64,000 nucleotides of DNA from NCBI GenBank assembly GCA_030704615.1, contig CM060731.1, positions 67,208,001 to 67,272,000 of the forward strand, given 5' to 3'. Below are positions 1-12,565 of this stretch, one piece after another. Both the position numbers and the translations under genes were made by a program. The notes beneath the pieces were generated by a model. That model did no database searches and was not told where the DNA came from. It saw only the letters and a list, made by a program, of their open reading frames with translations. The DNA comes from Takakia lepidozioides (Eukaryota; Plantae; Bryophyta). Every line of letters begins with the position of its first letter. Within the stretch, counting starts at the first letter, position 1.

Positions 1-2061
1 CATTAGTTGTGTTTAGTAACTAGAAGAAAATACCAAACTTCCGGTACAATGTAATTGGGTCCCCATGGGGGAGGGGTAACAGATGACTCAAAATCTGTGG
101 ACTCACCACCTGGCATCCTCCAGGAATGCATCTCTTTTCACTGCCATCTCTCTGTACACGAATTCTTGGATTGATGGTGATGATCCAGGTGATGATATGC
201 AGAGGGTTTGCTATACACACTGCAGAACACAATTTCAAGAGCCTTTCCAGGTCTAGATCTCTGCTAAGAGCACCTCCCTGCCACGCAGCTGGTAGGCAGG
301 AACTGCTTCACTCATCAGGCAGATGTCTGCTAATCCTACCCACACAGCCTCGCCATATGCAGCCCTGCCAAAGTACGAAACATGAAACTACCTGACACAT
401 CCATCCTCAGCGGCAACTCCATTCTTGTGTCTCAACACACTGCTAGGCATGCTGTCCAACTCATCACTCGAGCTCTCGAGAATCTCGATGATGCTACATT
501 CATCTGGATTAAAGCTTTTCTTTTGACGCAGTTTGCTTGGTAGTCTGGCATTGATTCTTCTCCTGCCAGTTTTGGTCCAATCATCGCCAAACAAGTCCTT
601 CCGTCCATGACTGCTGACTATTTCCTGCCACATGTCAGGTAAGCACAATCAAGTGAGTTTTTTTCATGATACTTGCAGCAGAATACTTCACCCTTCTTTC
701 TTTTGCCTATACTCGAACACAAACTAATGCCATGACAAGTACACTGAAAAGAAATCCCTCACTGGTTTCCTGCGCCTCTTAGGATGTCGGTCCTCAAGAT
801 CAGGAGTCTGGATGGGTATTTGAACTGCACCAGTATTAAGTTCTGTTGCTGTCTTCGACAAGCCGTCTGGCTGCATGCCCACTCCATCGGGTTAGTATCC
901 ATCATCCAAATGCTAAACATTTATCTTGAACTACCTTGTTCCATGCATGCACAGCGTTCCAATCAACTGAATTATGAGGCTGTCTTTTGTCAACAAATAT
1001 TACTGTAACATTTTGAGAGCCCAGCAAACGTACTTCAAAGTGATCCCACACATAAGGACAAAGGGCGGACAAATGAAAGACCCACTAGACCACACCATGA
1101 CTGGCTTTCGTGCTCAAGTGGGAAATGACTGACCTCCATCGTCTCTGTAGAGCAGGTGGGGGGAGAATCCTCAGAATAGGTCCTCATTGCCTCATTAGAC
1201 GCATAGCAGGAGTGAGTGCATCCCTCACAAGCATTGAATCCATCTGGGGCAGCAATGTTCAAAACCTCACTCTTGGGCCCTGTAACGGACTCTGTGGCCT
1301 GCTGCTCTCCATTCGACACAGGCACTTTGGTGTTGGGAAGTGCATACCGCCATTTACTGGGAGTGTCGATTATGCTGTTGAGAGAGGTTCCTTTCGGTTG
1401 GCCAGCCCCATCAAACACCTGAACTCTAAAATGTGAGAACGCCGTGAGAGTAAAAATCAAATGGTCCCCTATCGCCAGGTCATGGTGGAAAGCGAAAACC
1501 CTCCAGCCACCGAGAAATATGACCTTGAAGTTATTAAGCCTGTGGATGGAGATTCCAATGTTCCATATGTAGCCACTAGGTCCCTGGAGGGTGACGTCTG
1601 GTCGAAACTTGTTGCCATGGCGGTTTACAAATGCGATTGGAATGCTCTGGGCAGAAAGCAAAGGAGCCAACAAACATGACATTAGACTACCAGAATGACG
1701 ATCGGCTTCATTCGATTCTCTGCATACAGAAAAAATTGTGCTCTCATCCACGGAATGTCGATAGGAAGGTTCAAAAACATTCGAATGTGAAGATGATGGA
1801 TGGCAGAACTCGGAATGGTTTCAAACAGAAATCGAAATCGAAAGCCTGTGGAGCTGTAGGCATTCATTGACAATTTGAAGATGCAAGAGCAATTCAAAAG
1901 CTTACAAATTCACAATTCTTGCCCACACGTGAAGTTTGCCGAGGCACCGTCAAGGTCTTGACAAAGTAGGGCCATCTCAACTTCTCATTCGCAATTGGCC
2001 CATGAGCGCTCCAACACAGCTGTGTGCAGAACGGGCAGGCTTTGAATCCACTGTTTTCCAT
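1..2061 (-). CDS. B3-domain (REM-like) transcription factor gene, multi-exon; 3' end uncertain or beyond the window start
   Basis: Exon 1 2061-1906 reads MENSGFKACPFCTQLC..WPYFVKTL and ends at a GTAAGC donor. Exon 2 from 1646 (after CAG) reads SIPIAFVNRHG..VTLQGPSGYIWNI..FLGGWRVFAFHHDLAIGDHLIFTL..FRVQVFD, a canonical B3 domain. Further exon-like segments at ~392-743 and <300. Confidence 0.85.
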
Positions 2062-2422
2062 TGCATGGGAGGACACTGTGCACTAGTGACACAAGGTATC
2101 ATAATTCCATCACTGAGACGCAAACAATGTTGAGCTATATACACGATGAGGCCACAGATGGCAAGCGTGGGAGAAGCTGACAACGCAATCGCTGACACGA
2201 CCTCATCGATATCATGCCGTCAACCCAACAGCAATGTCCTTGCACAGGAAAGTAGATTGAGATGGAAGAGAATTTGCTTCTTCTACTGTCCTCTCTGTAC
2301 CACGATCAGGGATTTCTACTTCCGCATTTCGACAGAGACAGCCAGCCACTCGGTGAAAAGGTCCAAGATCGTTACCGGGAGTTATTTGCGCAAATCAAAT
2401 TTCTTGGCTTCCCTCAATGACG

Positions 2423-2441
2423 AGGGTTTAGGGTTTTAGGG
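2423..2441 (-). promoter_or_regulatory. Telo-box (AAACCCTA) upstream of the B3 gene
   Basis: agggtttagggttttaggg lies ~360 bp 5' of the ATG; telo-boxes are a known plant promoter/Polycomb-recruiting motif. Confidence 0.5.
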
Positions 2442-2450
2442 TCACCCTCG

Positions 2451-2521
2451 AACTGCAGTTGAACCTACAGAACCTCGTTGGTTGAACCTCGTTCTCTAAA
2501 TAGATAGGTTCAACTGCAGTT
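2451..2521. repeat. 16-bp perfect inverted repeat
   Basis: aactgcagttgaacct (2451-2466) and aggttcaactgcagtt (2506-2521). Confidence 0.8.
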
Positions 2522-2704
2522 TTCGTGGTTCAGGCATGAACGACTATTAGTGTTCTTCATTGGATACAGTGCCTCCGCCACCACGGGCACTACAACTCAT
2601 CAATCAGCAACGCAGGGATGAAAGAGAGCGAGAGAGAGGACTCCGGCCAAAGCCAGCGTAACTAAGAGTCACTTCGCCTCACAGCTATGAAGCACTACAT
2701 CTTA

Positions 2705-3208
2705 GAGCATCTTCTGCAGTGGAAGCCAAATGCCCCGCCCAAATGCACTCTAAGTACCAGCCCGTTTGGCGGGGCCAATTTCCAAGATGGCATAGGGGTA
2801 GTAAAAAACCCTTGCCGTGCAAGGCTGGTGCCTCCCTGCCTTGGCCTTGCTGGCAGGTTTGGGCCCCCCTTGCTCTGGCATAGGTATTTGGGCTATAGAG
2901 AGCATGGCAAAGTGGCGGATTAATACACGTGTCGTTAGGAAAGGGATTCAAACATGTGGTGGGCCAGCAGATTAATGAGGGTTGTAGACACGTGTAGTTA
3001 GGAAAGGGATTCAAACATATGGCGGGCCAGGTTAGGTTTGCAGCCCGCCATATAAGCCCAAATGTGGTCGGGCAAATGCCAATTTGAACAGCCCCCCCAC
3101 AAATAATTTAGCGGTATTGCACCGTGGGGGTTTAGTTTGGGCCCCACCGTTCACGGCGGGACTAGATTGGCGGCAGCCGGTGTCTTTACCGTGCTGTAGG
3201 AGATACTC
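2705..3208. mobile_element. PIF/Harbinger (Tourist-like) MITE
   Basis: TIRs GAGCATCTTCTGCAG ... CTGTAGGAGATACTC, flanked by a TTA target-site duplication on both sides; internal ~60-bp direct duplication. Confidence 0.85.
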
Positions 3209-3838
3209 TTAGATAATTACGGTGGTTTTGGGGCTGCATGGTGTAGGCCCCACCCTCACTTCGTCTTCCTTTCCTCCTGTTGCATCCGCTCTTTGGGCTT
3301 TCCACGGACTTTTTTTTTTACATTATAAAGTGTCATTTTCATTTCACTTTTTCTTCATTAGAAATTTAGTTCTCTCTTTCACACAGAGCTACCATGGGCC
3401 TACCATGGACCTTATGCGCTTCCTTGCTTCCTCTCATAAAGGTAAGTATAGATAGTACATCATATTGTCCCCCCCTTTGGATGCTATAGAACTCCTTTCT
3501 TTCGTTTCTTTTTTCCATAAGCTCCTTGACATGAAAGTGGATGTTATACCTTTTCCTTTTGTTCCCTTTTTCGCCAAATGTATTGAGATCAGAGGTGGTG
3601 AGGAAAAGTCTGTCCATGCGAATGGCAACCAAAGAAGAGATATTGCGGAAATCAAATAAAGCCTTGCATATCCCGTACCACCTGCAAAAATGCTTTCAAG
3701 TTTGTTGCTGCTGGAATGGGGTTTACACTAGACATAGGATGGGAGTTGAATGCGCGCGTGAGGCTTGCCGATACAATCCCCGTACGATCCCCGGAGCTAA
3801 CCGGAGGGCCCACGTGGGCCTACGGTCAAATCCCCACC

Positions 3839-4233
3839 CCTGCTTCCCTCGTGTATGCTTCACGCCCCACCGAGGGTCCCGCGCTCCATGTTCCCACTGC
3901 AGCGCTCCTTTGTTCCTGCTCTGCCGATCCCCTGTTCCCCGCTCCTCCGCTCCCCTGTTCCCTGCTCCTCTGCTCCCCTGTTATTGCTCCCCGCTCCTCT
4001 ACTCCTCTGTTCTCCGCTCCCCTGCTATTGCTCCCTGCTCCCCTGTTATTGCTCCCCTCTCCTCCGCTCCCCTGTTATTGGAGCGGCGAAGCAGTAAAAC
4101 AGGGGAGCAATAGCACAAGGGAGCCGGGAGTAGTAACACAGGGACAGGGGAGCGGCGGACACACAGGGGAGCGGGGAACAGGGGAGCAGTGATTGGGAAC
4201 AGGGGAACGGAGATCCGCTTGAGGGAAGCATCC
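3839..4233. mobile_element. Foldback-like non-autonomous element
   Basis: Array of GCTCCCCTG(TT) units, then its reverse complement (CAGGGGAGC) after ~4085; outer arms tgcttccctc / gagggaagca. Confidence 0.6.
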
Positions 4234-4421
4234 AATACCTGCCAACCATGACAAAACTGCCTTGGCCTTATCCCTGCCTCCCCAATGATTGGGAAAGTTA
4301 AAGCAGAGAGAGATGACTCCGGCAAAGGCCGGCGTAACAAAAGAGCCACTTCACCTTGCGGCTATTGGCCCCTTTCGGGGGTGGGCTAAAGTTAAAGCAC
4401 AGCTGGAATTTCTGTTTCTTA

Positions 4422-4822
4422 GAGCATGCTCAGCAGTGTAGTTTTTTGGCACTCTATTTTCAATATAGCGTGGCCGCCAATTTCGGATGGGATTGTGCGT
4501 CCCCACACATTCTCCACTTCAAAATAGTGCCCCTCAGCAAATTTCGTCCCGCTCCCACACTATACAGCGCACTTGGAGTGCGGCATTCTCTCGCACTAAC
4601 ACAGGATCATTCTCACTTGTACTGACGGGTGGCAGGGCAGTTGGCGGGGCCCATGGTCACCGATCTGCATCTCAGCCTCGCCCCATTACTCTACTATGGA
4701 TACTATGGGTTGCTGTTGGGGCTCATGCAGCCCATGTACTATCTACATTGCGTGCCTCTCATATGCGTCAGTAAAATACATAGTGATAGTGGCAGTTTAG
4801 TGAGCCACTGCTGATCATGCCA
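4422..4822. mobile_element. Harbinger-like MITE
   Basis: TTA|GAGCATGCTCAGCAGTG ... CACTGCTGATCATGCC; the right target-site duplication is degenerate. Confidence 0.65.
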
Positions 4823-5044
4823 ACTTGTACAATAGTAAGCAACCTCAAAAAGAGCTCCAGGAGGGTTAGTATGGGGTGCAGAACATTCCTCAAGAATCCA
4901 TCACACCTGGCGGGACAGTCAGCAGATAGAAACAGCGGCTAATCTTTTCCACCAATCCAGATGCAAAAACCTAAGCAATAAAAGCACTTGGTTGGTAAGA
5001 ACTGCCACCGCATGTTGAGCTATAGGAACGGACTCTTTGAGATA

Positions 5045-7109
5045 TTCAAGAAAATACTATTTTAACTAATTCAGGACTTTTGTTTGGTCCAGAAATAATA
5101 TGAGAAATATGAATAAACAAATTTATTATTGAAATAAAGCGATATATATGATTATTTTGGTTATTTTATGCACAATATAACCATGAACAATAATCCTCCA
5201 AACATTTTTTGGAGACAATATAAGTATGTATTGTGGTTTTAGAAGAACATCCACTGCCAAGTTGACGTTCACGAAAAAAATGGGAGGATGCAATAAATTA
5301 CACCATGATGTGAGGTCAAATATGTAAAACTTTTTGCACAAAATGGTTGCCATATCAGATGACATACAAAACCAAACATAGAACAATCATGACATGTGAT
5401 GAAGAGGATGACATGAAAGAATGTGTCCGCATACATTGATGATAAACATTCATATTTTATTAGAGATTGCAACTTTGGCGTTGCAGTCAGACATAATGTA
5501 ACGTCAACTGTACATCCGTTGGACTTAATGTTATCCAGCGGCTCAAAGCCATACAACGGCTTACACTAACCCATTAATATTACAAAGCCTCCTCCCAAAC
5601 GGCTCGCAGTCAAGGCATGTATTCGAAGACACATCCGGTTACCACAACCACTTGCAACAGTCTCCGCACCAGAGGAAACGGAAATACTTTTGGAGAACTC
5701 GAACCTAATAGTAACATTATCATCCGAAATGTTACTTAGAACTCTACTTGTTGAATCTCTTGATGCCCTTGAAGCCTGCCGGGAAGCCCGCCATTCTTGC
5801 CAATCACGAAACTCTTCTATTTCTTTTCGAATTCGCTCCTTGAATGTGACTGGGCAAAACATTTTTTCATATGACAAATGTCAGCTGAAATATGGAACAT
5901 TTGTAGAAAAAATGATAAAGTATAAGTGCAAGTGGAAGACACTTTCAAGATCAAATTCTCCATAAACAACAAACAGTGGGATAAGTACATACCAAGGTAA
6001 TCAGGTTCTTTTTGTTGTGGGATCCAAACATGAGGATCAACATATCTTCTATACCAAGCCCAATAGGCATGGTCGCGACCAATAGGCTTACGAGAACACT
6101 TGGCAGGGTTCTCGCTGATGTAATCTACGACTGTTGAAGCTGCAACCATTTTCAATATATATGGCCACACAGCTTTTGTCATATCATCCTGGTCAACCAA
6201 ACCCTTTGGTGATGGCTTGTATGAAATAGGGAAGAATCCAGTATTTGGTGGGTTTCGGAGACCCTTTGATGGCTCATCATTGACAAGAAGTATTTGTCCT
6301 TGTGTTGCAAAGGGTGTACCAGGGTACTTGGCAAGAACAGTGCGAATATCCTTAACGAGATATTTCATCCCAAGCATGATATAACCGGTTGTGTCTTTGC
6401 AATCCTCAGCTGACCAGATGAAGCAAAACTTCTTCGCAATTTTCGTAGGAACTAAGCACTCGAGCATCCTACAAAGAACATCTCTTTCAGCACATGACCA
6501 GATCGTTACGTGAAAATGCATGAACGCAAGGTTGAGAAACTCCAAGACTCCGGGCCGGGGAACCACAAAAGGTCTGTCGAGAACATGAACTATAACTTTC
6601 CTGAAACGAAATCTCTCCTTAAACAATTCACCGCCGGTTGGAGGTGGCCGGTAGCAGAGGAATCCGTTGACACTCAATATTAACAACATCTGTTTCCTCT
6701 TCCCCGATGTGGCAAATGAAGGTTGATGGACGATGCCATCCTGCGCAATTTAAGTGTTCCCACCATCCGAAACAACACGATGTAGTGTTTCTTAGTTTCA
6801 GAGTGACCTCTACATTTTCGGAGACATAAGTGTCCCGACAATGGACTACTGTAAAGGACCAAGAGTAGACCATATATTGAAGAGTTCGAGATCACGAAAA
6901 GATGAACGTCGGCTGTCAAGTGGAGGTTAGTGGACGCACCTTGTCGGGAGGCGCATTCAAGAAGTTCTGCGGCTCCATACTCGTTTGTATAAAAATTACG
7001 GAGTTAGTTTGGGACCGCAAAACAAACTGCAAACAAAAGTGGAGAAATTGTTTTGAAATGACCATTGAAGCCTTATTGGAATGTCTTGCAGAAGAACAGT
7101 GGATTCCCG
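5045..7109 (-). mobile_element. Terminal fragment of the NIF-cargo element family (inverted sister of 25753-39545)
   Basis: The reverse complement matches 35.3-36.55 kb (NIF gene and 3' region), 38862-38950 (tgtttatcatcaatgt, ttacatatttga) and 39478-39545 (tatttctggaccaaac..gtcc.ga). Confidence 0.7.
5566..6689 (-). CDS. FCP1/SCP/NIF-family HAD phosphatase-like protein, catalytic Asp replaced; two or more exons
   Basis: LLILSVNG (motif I region), PRPGVLEFL..FHVTIWS, FIWSAEDC, KDI, ILLVNDEPSK..NP. Intron donor after PDYLG; exon 2 reads RIRKEIEEFRDWQEW. The upstream N-terminal part is frameshifted. Confidence 0.8.
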
Positions 7110-7640
7110 CACTACAAGATATGAGCGTTTTTAGGACTACGGCTTTGGCGGAGTCATAAAAACTGCACTAGGTAGATGACTACAGAGCGCTGAAATGCAT
7201 TGCAGTCATAGTTTTATCACTACATGACTCCAGAAAGTTATGGAGCTTTGGTCAAACATTGTTGACCACGATGACAGGGATGGTTTATATGACTAGTGTG
7301 ATATGTTTGATTACACGTGGACGACGTTTCATGGAATGTTCTGACTCCATGACTGGAGATGGTTTCACAGCTCTAATTATACGACTACATCGCTACACGT
7401 GTCATTTTGAAGGCAAATACACGAATGTATTCATCCATTGGACGAGTTCATCCACAGCATGACATGGCATATAAACTTATGACTGTCTGACTACAGATTG
7501 ATTCATGACTATATATATATATGACTACATCACTACACGTGGCATTTTAAATGCATTTATATGGACTTTATTAGTACACGTGTCATTTTGAAGACATATA
7601 CATGAATGGATCCATCCATTGGCTGAGCTCATCCATCCAT
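7110..7640 (+). mobile_element. CACTA-like left terminus with subterminal repeats
   Basis: Starts CACTACAAGA; followed by ~12 (A)TGACT/AGTCAT motifs in both orientations and 3 copies of TACACGTG.CATTTT. Confidence 0.65.
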
Positions 7641-8606
7641 GTTTGCCGAAATCCTATCAGCTTAGTACATGTGTTAGTTTCCTATTGGTTTGATATAGCT
7701 CAAGCATTTTGTAGTTACCATAGAGCACTAAGTCGCATTCTTCATTGAGTCTGTAAAGTGAGAGTCTGCAGAGGATGCCGTTTGGAATGTGGAGTTTGCA
7801 GAGAGGGAATGTGCGACAGTATGGCTGAACGACGGGTCGTGTCTTCAAATGCGATGATTGCAGGATAGCATGGTGATCATATCACAGGCGAGAACTGCAT
7901 CTACTTGAAGAAATTTGGAACGCTACCTTCATGGACATGTATGGAAGCATCGACGATGCGAATTCGAAGGGAGAGTTCGATAGGATGGACAAAGGTTATA
8001 TGGTGTCAAATTGGTAGGTTATAATCGAAACGTTTAAATATCTGCTGACAAGTCTACATCTCTTCCATTAGCAGTTATAACCAATCACCATCATGAAGCT
8101 GCAGGCCCGATGCGAAATCCCAATTGGAACCTGCATCTTCCTCCCCCTTTTTGTCCTTATTTCGCTGTCAATCCCTTCATTCTATTTGGAAGGTTCCAAA
8201 TGGAACTTCACATTTCCCCTCATGATCTTGATTTTGGGAATTCTTTTCGAATGCAATGTTGTTAGGATACGGGTAGCATTGTCGTCATCACAGGTTGGCT
8301 AGTCAAATAATGGAAGATATTACAAAGGAAAGGTTGAAATTGGCCGCCAGTATATGTGTTCTGTCCACGACAGATCACAGGCACTGAGGAGTAGGAAAAA
8401 AACACACAAGTGCCTCCGCAATCCGTGAAGGAGAAGAGCCGGGTGCAAGGCAGAAGGCGTGCAGTGGGGGGTGGGTCTTCCAGCGGAGGAACGAAGCCAG
8501 AGAAGGTTAGTTCATACATTTGAATCCATGGTCTTTGCAACACAAAGGAGTTAGATTGAGGTGTTGATAACGCTACCTAAAAGGTCACCTTTGCGAGAAT
8601 GTAAAG

Positions 8607-9330
8607 TCAATGTGCTATTGAACTCACCTGGATCAAACTCTGTCCACCGCTAGAAGTGTCCTCCGGTCCTCTCCCAGCCCGACGCTGCTTTCCGTTTGAG
8701 CCTTCTCCTTCAACGGCGCAAAGACAGCTGCATGGAGGAGGGCCGCCCCCTTGTCGGCAGGCCCCTCTGTGGACTTTGCTACGTTGCCTCCTCCTCCGCA
8801 GGAGCACCGCTCTCCCTTTCGACTTCCTCCTCCTGTATCAGTTGCAATAGAGGCAGCTCCAACAGATCCTCGAGCTGCTTGTCCAGAATGGGCTCCTTCC
8901 CTGCCAGACTCTCCATCCCTTCGCCCACAGAACCCTCCCCCTCACGATCGCTCCCTCCCTCTGAAAAATTCAAAGCCCTCCTAGCTTTCTTCATCCTCTC
9001 TCTCGCTCTCAACCTCTGCCTAGCAGACATGAAGTACAGAGACTGCCTTCTCGCTCTCTTCTTTCCGGAAATGCTCTCGTTCTTGGGATGCTTCAGTGTG
9101 GCGAGTCTGAAATGATGAACGCCAGAGTGTAACCTCCGAAGACATCCCTCGGGAAAATGACAAAAGTCGATGGCGGTTAGGTTTTCATCCCTCCCTCTCA
9201 AGGAATGACTAATCATCCAAAAACGTAACGGCTCATAATTGGGGTTTTCGTTTTTCGGCGGGATGCTTGCGGGCTGTCTTGCAGAGAACTCGACACCTGT
9301 TGCCCTTGCAAGACACTTAAATATAGGCAT
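8607..9330 (-). CDS. Hypothetical transposon accessory protein (basic segment followed by an acidic tail), divergent from the transposase
   Basis: 183-aa ORF with KKRARRQ..RQRLRARERMKKARR, a frameshifted continuation, and a GTGAGT donor near 8627; no recognisable domain. Confidence 0.4.
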
Positions 9331-9655
9331 GTCACGTATCCATGTTAGACATAAGGGGTTCGACCCACACCGCAGTCACTGAGGATGTGGCATCTGCAAA
9401 GTCGGCCGCTATTCTTGCCTGTCAGAATCATGTGTCCAGCGGTCTCTGATCTGACATTCATGGGATAAAATTCACCAGTATCTGTCAGAGTCAAAGCCGG
9501 CTACTAAACAGCATGCAAAGAAATAATTTGCCTCAGCACCTTCACTCGGTGGATCCACTGAGACATTGTCAGGAAGTGGTTCCACAAATTCGGCCTTCCT
9601 GGTGTACTCTTGTCACCTGTTCTCCACTGCCCACACTCCCGCGCTCGTTCATGCA

Positions 9656-12565
9656 ATGTCTCTCAACTCCGACGTTGCTGTTTTCTACTCCAACGGGCAA
9701 GTGGAGTACCTGAGTGCAGTAGCCGACGTGAATGGGCTCGCCGTAGTTCAAGAAGACTTGCTTTGCGTGACCTTCCGCTTTGAGGCAGGGATTGTACATG
9801 TAGTGAGAGAGGTGTATGACAAAGTGGGTAAGGTCGAGGGCACATGCGTTCAGAAACCACATTTGTCTGGCAGTCGGCGAGAGTGGAGAGTTCCACCAGC
9901 AAAGTATCGCGTTCATGGGGATCAAAGACGTCTGTCGGGAGGTTCCATAGTCACACCCGGAACAACAGCTTTGGTGGCTCAGGTGCCCAAAACTTTGCCC
10001 ATCAAAAGAGAAGAGACAACCTCCACCACATTTGTTGATATCTCCGATAGCTCAGAAGAGGACGTGTCGGAGCTCCCACCTCCTCTGAATCAACGTCTAT
10101 TGGGGGACCCCGATGTGCAAGAAATTGCAAGTGTCATACCGAAGTTGCTTTCGTTGAGGGGGTTTCCAGGATGCAAGAGTGACGTGAGAGGCATTGACTG
10201 GGATACACAGCGAATCGTTAGAGCAAAATACCTACCCAATGAATTTAACGGTCATATCATTTTTGAGCTGCCACCAGCGACATCCTCTGGGGGATTGGCA
10301 GGACGAATGGCGGGCATGGACAAGAAGCACGATGGACATCCATGGTGCCGGACGAAAACTTCCAATATATGCAATCCGCATGGCTTGAAGTTCCGTAGAT
10401 CGATTTGCGTTGGACACCTTCGTTGTCCAAATGCATCTTGCCAGCACTTCTAAATGGATGGTTCGGCAAACGAGACGGAATGGGAAGGTGTCAGCGACAA
10501 CCCTTTCAAAGTAGGTTGTGCTCCTGCAAGCAGTAGTACTCTTGTTTGCAAGTTATGTAAATTGGTCCCACAGTGCATTGCAGATTGCAATGCACGTATG
10601 TACTACGTGCTTCACAATTGCAGTTACCTCACAAGGGCATGTATCCATGTCGGCCTTCATGCACATCCGGTGTCCCGAGGACAGTGCAAAGAGACAATTG
10701 ATACAGTCCGTTCACTGCTTCAACACGAAATTCATAGTGCTCCTGGTGCATTGCCATCAACCATTGCTCTGGCAGCAAGCAAAGGATTCCTACAAAAGTA
10801 TTTGTTTGGGGAATCGCCAGAGTCCACCACTAAATTTGACACTGCCTCCCTTGACGATGTTCTGGACCATTTCTCAACATTGAGTTCTCCAAATGTGCGA
10901 AATCAAATCAACGTCCTAAAGGGGGGTGCTGCCAACACAGGCTTTATGGATAGCATCCTGGAGTTAAAGCGTATAAGCCGATATGACTTCATTCAGGACA
11001 GTGTTTTCCCGGGGCAAGGTGCCAAGAAAGTGTACTTATTGATCAAGATGTCCACAGTTGGTGAGGGATCGGGAGTTAGTCTAGTGCAAAGAATGCAACC
11101 TAGTGGTGATCTTCAGAAATCCTGGGTTATGTTTGATCACGTGAAACGTGTGAAGGAATGGACGATCATGGCCTGTCATGTATACGATCCTGCAGACCAG
11201 AGTGTGATGACTGTTGCTGTTTGTGACATGCAGTCGGAGGACACAGAGTCACAAATTCTTATGTGGAAGTCCCTTTGTTAACGTCGTGACAGCTCATGGT
11301 GTCCCAGATCCAAACTTCACTGGGTTCATGGCTGACAGCGCTCAAGCGAATTGGAATGTTGTCCGTACAGTTTTTGGTTCAGGCAACCCCAAAGTACCAA
11401 TGGAAGGCCGGGAACACACTTGCCTCTTTCATTGGAGCCAGTCCCTACAACGCCACACAAAGAGTTCCATAAAACTGGAGTTGCGGGATGAGCATATGAG
11501 ACTATGTCGTTTGTATAAAGATGCCACCTCCGAACAGGAAGCCAACTCTATGTTCCAGACTATTCGAGCATGGTGGTACTCATCTGAGGTAGCCAGTCTG
11601 GATGGAATCAAAGAACTGGAAGACTGGTTGGGGTTCTGGCACTTCAGATATAGATAGTGGAGTGCCTTCATGACGACTGTAAGTTATTAGCGAATTAGCA
11701 TGATTTTCTTTTATTCCTTCTCGTCGGGAGATATATCATGGAACGAACAGGCCCTCCAATCTAGTTCTTATGCTGCTGTACGTAATCATGCTTGTGTTGA
11801 ATTGCATGCAGAACATGTCATTGGAGGACATTGCCGATATGCCCTCCTGCAATCTAGCGGAGACTGTGCATAGTCAGTGGATGGCACAATCCGGCAAAAA
11901 TGGGAGGAACCTCTACGTTGCGACTGCAGATGACATGGTCCGGGCTGTTTCGCAACAAACAAGGTATCGAGACTTCCTGAGGGGACGGGGAGCTGGCAAA
12001 GGTCCAGACATGGAAGAGTTGCTACTCAGGGCTACAAATAGAGCGAATCATCCCGCTAAAATGGCGCGTGCTGTGAATGAGTTCACAAATGGAACACCTT
12101 TGCAGTCTAGACTCCCACATCTGAAAGGGGAGGAAAGATTCGGTTCATGCAAGCGCAAACTTGACACCCCACCAGGATCCGCTAGTGACTCCCATCGGCA
12201 TGACAGGGATAATTACTCAATTCCTCGTGTGCCTGTGCGGCCTCCGACATTCGAATTTGGCAGTCCCTCTGTCGGCGCCTGTTCTTCTGCTGTATACAAT
12301 GCTTCATATCCCTCTACTCCAGTGCGGGGAGAGGGAGAGATGATGTTGGCGGTGGAAGAGTCCGATTGTGTGGATGCAATATGGTACATTGAACGGACAG
12401 CCCAAGGATCAAAAGTTGGGTGTTCTGCTGTTAGGGCATTGTCCTTTGTGAAGTGCACCAGCAAGATTTCTAGGGGCGGAGGCGGGACTCCTGCCCCGTC
12501 TTTCACTGGTTTATTCAAACATTACGGTGCGCGAGAGTCCAGGCCTCACAAGTTCTGGTTTTGCC
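9656..12565 (+). pseudogene. Mutator/MULE-type DDE transposase with N-terminal WRKY/GCM-like zinc domain, disrupted and C-terminally truncated
   Basis: RSICVGHLRCPNASC..CKLC..CNARMYY..RACIHVGLHAHP (GCM-like); catalytic-like VMFDH, FMADSAQA, CLFHW (CxxH) and CNLAETVH. In-frame stops at 10451 and 11655, frameshift ~11275, GT-AG intron 11679-11811. Confidence 0.8.

Noticed and set aside
2589-2600. CACTACAA as a CACTA terminus
   Set aside because: No subterminal repeats or matching partner end.
3541-4349. Pro/Leu-rich ORFs
   Set aside because: Translations of the low-complexity foldback repeat.
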